Part shown: positions 62,945-64,000 of the stretch, piece by piece
Numbering within the stretch: the stretch's first letter is position 1
How the letters are laid out: each line of letters opens with the position of its first letter
Origin: Bdellovibrionota bacterium
Lineage (GTDB): Bacteria; Bdellovibrionota; Bdellovibrionia; Bdellovibrionales; JAEYZS01
Assembly: GCA_963169805.1 (NCBI GenBank)
Contig: CAUJDY010000063.1
Coordinates: 5,479 to 69,478 of the forward strand
Length of the DNA stretch: 64,000 nucleotides
Direction of reading: 5' to 3'
The notes under the pieces: generated by a model
What the model was told of the DNA's origin: nothing
Seen by the model: the letters and a program-made list of their open reading frames with translations, nothing else
Database searches by the model: none
Made by a program: the position numbers and the translations under genes

Positions 62945-63310
62945 ATGAAGAATTTTTTTTTGAAAAATTTAGATAAAGTTAACTTTACACTTATTTTAAT
63001 TATTTTAGTTTATATTCTTTCAAATGAATTCAACTTAACTCAAAAATCTCGAATCAATATTACTCAGCAGGAAATAGCCTCTAAGGCTACAAACTCATAC
63101 GTACCCAAAACTGTGACCATGAGAGAACTTATAACTAAGGGGTATCGCTCACAGTACAAGATTATCAGTGTTAATGGGCAAAACTTTGATAACTCAGATG
63201 AAGCTTTAACCGCGGCTAGAACACATGATCTTAATAAATCAGATTTAAAAATTGTTTTCAAAGACGACCAGAATAGCACAAAAACAATCGTATTAAGTGC
63301 TTCTGAGTAA
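62945..63310 (+). CDS. hypothetical membrane-anchored protein
   Basis: 121-aa ORF with one N-terminal TM helix. No motif recognised. Confidence 0.4.
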   Translation: MKNFFLKNLDKVNFTLILIILVYILSNEFNLTQKSRINITQQEIASKATNSYVPKTVTMRELITKGYRSQYKIISVNGQNFDNSDEALTAARTHDLNKSDLKIVFKDDQNSTKTIVLSASE

Positions 63311-63312
63311 TT

Positions 63313-64000
63313 TTATTTAATATTTAATGCTTTTTTAATTTTTTCTATATCGGACTTAAGCTGCTTGTTCTCTGCTTCAAGTTTTTGATTTGCTTGCTCT
63401 AAGCTCGCAATTTTTCTTTCTACATTTTCCATCCGAGACTCAATACTTGTGATTTGTTCTTGAGACATTTCACATTTGTTATTTAACTCTTGGATGGCAT
63501 TAATGGCAGCCCAGTGTATTGGATCCACGTTAAGTTGATAATAACCATCTTCTCTTAGAGAAACTGCATCAGGAATAATGCTCATAACTTCTTGAGCCAC
63601 AAACCCAATTTTATCTCCTTCTGAATCCATACCAATAGGATTATTTTTTATATAATTATATCGTGCAGTTTTTAATTTTAATATTTCATTTAGTCCATAC
63701 TCATAAGGACGAATATTTTCTTTTAATCTTCTATCTGAAATATTCACCCACGTTGTTGTACCATCAGTTTTACCAGCTCCACCTGCTACTTCGAGTGCGT
63801 ATGTTGTTGGAGCACGACCAATACCAAGTCTGTTATTTGCGAAGTCACCTTCAATTAAATTATTTGCGGCTGCATCCGTATCGATCACAAGACGATTTGC
63901 TGTTGATGTTGATGCATTTCTACCAATAACAATACTACCACTTGCACTCACGTTTGATCCAAATCCTATAACTGTACTTTGCGATACAGAACCACCGTAT
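63313..64000 (-). CDS. tail-fibre-like protein with C-terminal intramolecular-chaperone (Peptidase S74-type) domain, 5' end outside the window
   Basis: 'SDRRLKENIRPYEYGLNEILKLKTARYNY...GFVAQEV...IPDAV' is the S74 auto-processing chaperone signature, followed by a coiled coil. The frame stays open upstream of the GTG at 63951 to the window edge (…GGSVSQSTVIGFGSN…). Confidence 0.7.
   Translation of the reverse strand, partial: YGGSVSQSTVIGFGSNVSASGSIVIGRNASTSTANRLVIDTDAAANNLIEGDFANNRLGIGRAPTTYALEVAGGAGKTDGTTTWVNISDRRLKENIRPYEYGLNEILKLKTARYNYIKNNPIGMDSEGDKIGFVAQEVMSIIPDAVSLREDGYYQLNVDPIHWAAINAIQELNNKCEMSQEQITSIESRMENVERKIASLEQANQKLEAENKQLKSDIEKIKKALNIK

Noticed and set aside
1-64000. CRISPR arrays, tRNA/rRNA genes, prophage blocks, toxin-antitoxin pairs or known defence-system signatures
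   Set aside because: I saw no regularly spaced direct repeats and no cloverleaf-compatible intergenic segments. The only AAA+/vWA pair is NorQ/NorD, in an unambiguous nor context. Absence is judged by eye only and should be confirmed with tRNAscan-SE, Infernal and DefenseFinder/PADLOC.

Overview
This is an AT-rich, densely coding bacterial chromosomal window. I found no rRNA, tRNA or CRISPR array. The taxon cannot be fixed from sequence alone. The gene content (predator-style surface proteins, a tail-fibre-like protein, a DUF4382 lipoprotein) is loosely reminiscent of Bdellovibrio-like or Oligoflexia organisms, but that is a guess.

(1) Positions 14-11300 (minus strand) hold a compact nitrite-to-N2O module: DUF2249-norC-norB-norQ-norD, a hemerythrin-like gene, a Crp/Fnr regulator, and nirK-nirV-sco-nnrS plus one more membrane protein. 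Both NirK and NorC carry an extra tethered cytochrome c domain.

(2) Positions 11.4-19.4 kb encode a hemerythrin, a PLP decarboxylase, the class II RNR nrdJ, hemN-hemJ and a ResB-like protein. A 14-bp palindromic Crp/Fnr-type box (ATGAy-N4-rTCAT) occurs four times, upstream of nirK, the nor operon/hemerythrin, nrdJ and hemN. This suggests one anaerobic/NO regulon.

(3) Positions 19-45 kb are mixed housekeeping and envelope genes. They include two large paralogous secreted/membrane proteins of unknown function and an ECF sigma/anti-sigma pair divergent from a MerT/MerP-like metal module.

(4) Positions 45.2-51.3 kb are the most unusual locus. An Ig-repeat/vWA lipoprotein is followed by a 1210-aa Cys-rich protein that ends in a TSP1-like domain, a non-splicing Hint (bacterial intein-like) domain and a 12-Cys tail.

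(5) Positions 51.3-52.1 kb hold a RAYT-type Y1 transposase bounded by 50-bp inverted REP-like repeats. A related transposase-less REP doublet (REPIN-like) lies at 40.1 kb.

(6) Positions 52-64 kb encode an RND pump with a TolC-like protein (no adaptor gene), a Y-family polymerase, rlmI, a Kef-type K+ efflux protein, unknown proteins, and a tail-fibre-like protein cut by the window edge.

All functional calls come from motif recognition by eye. No searches were run.
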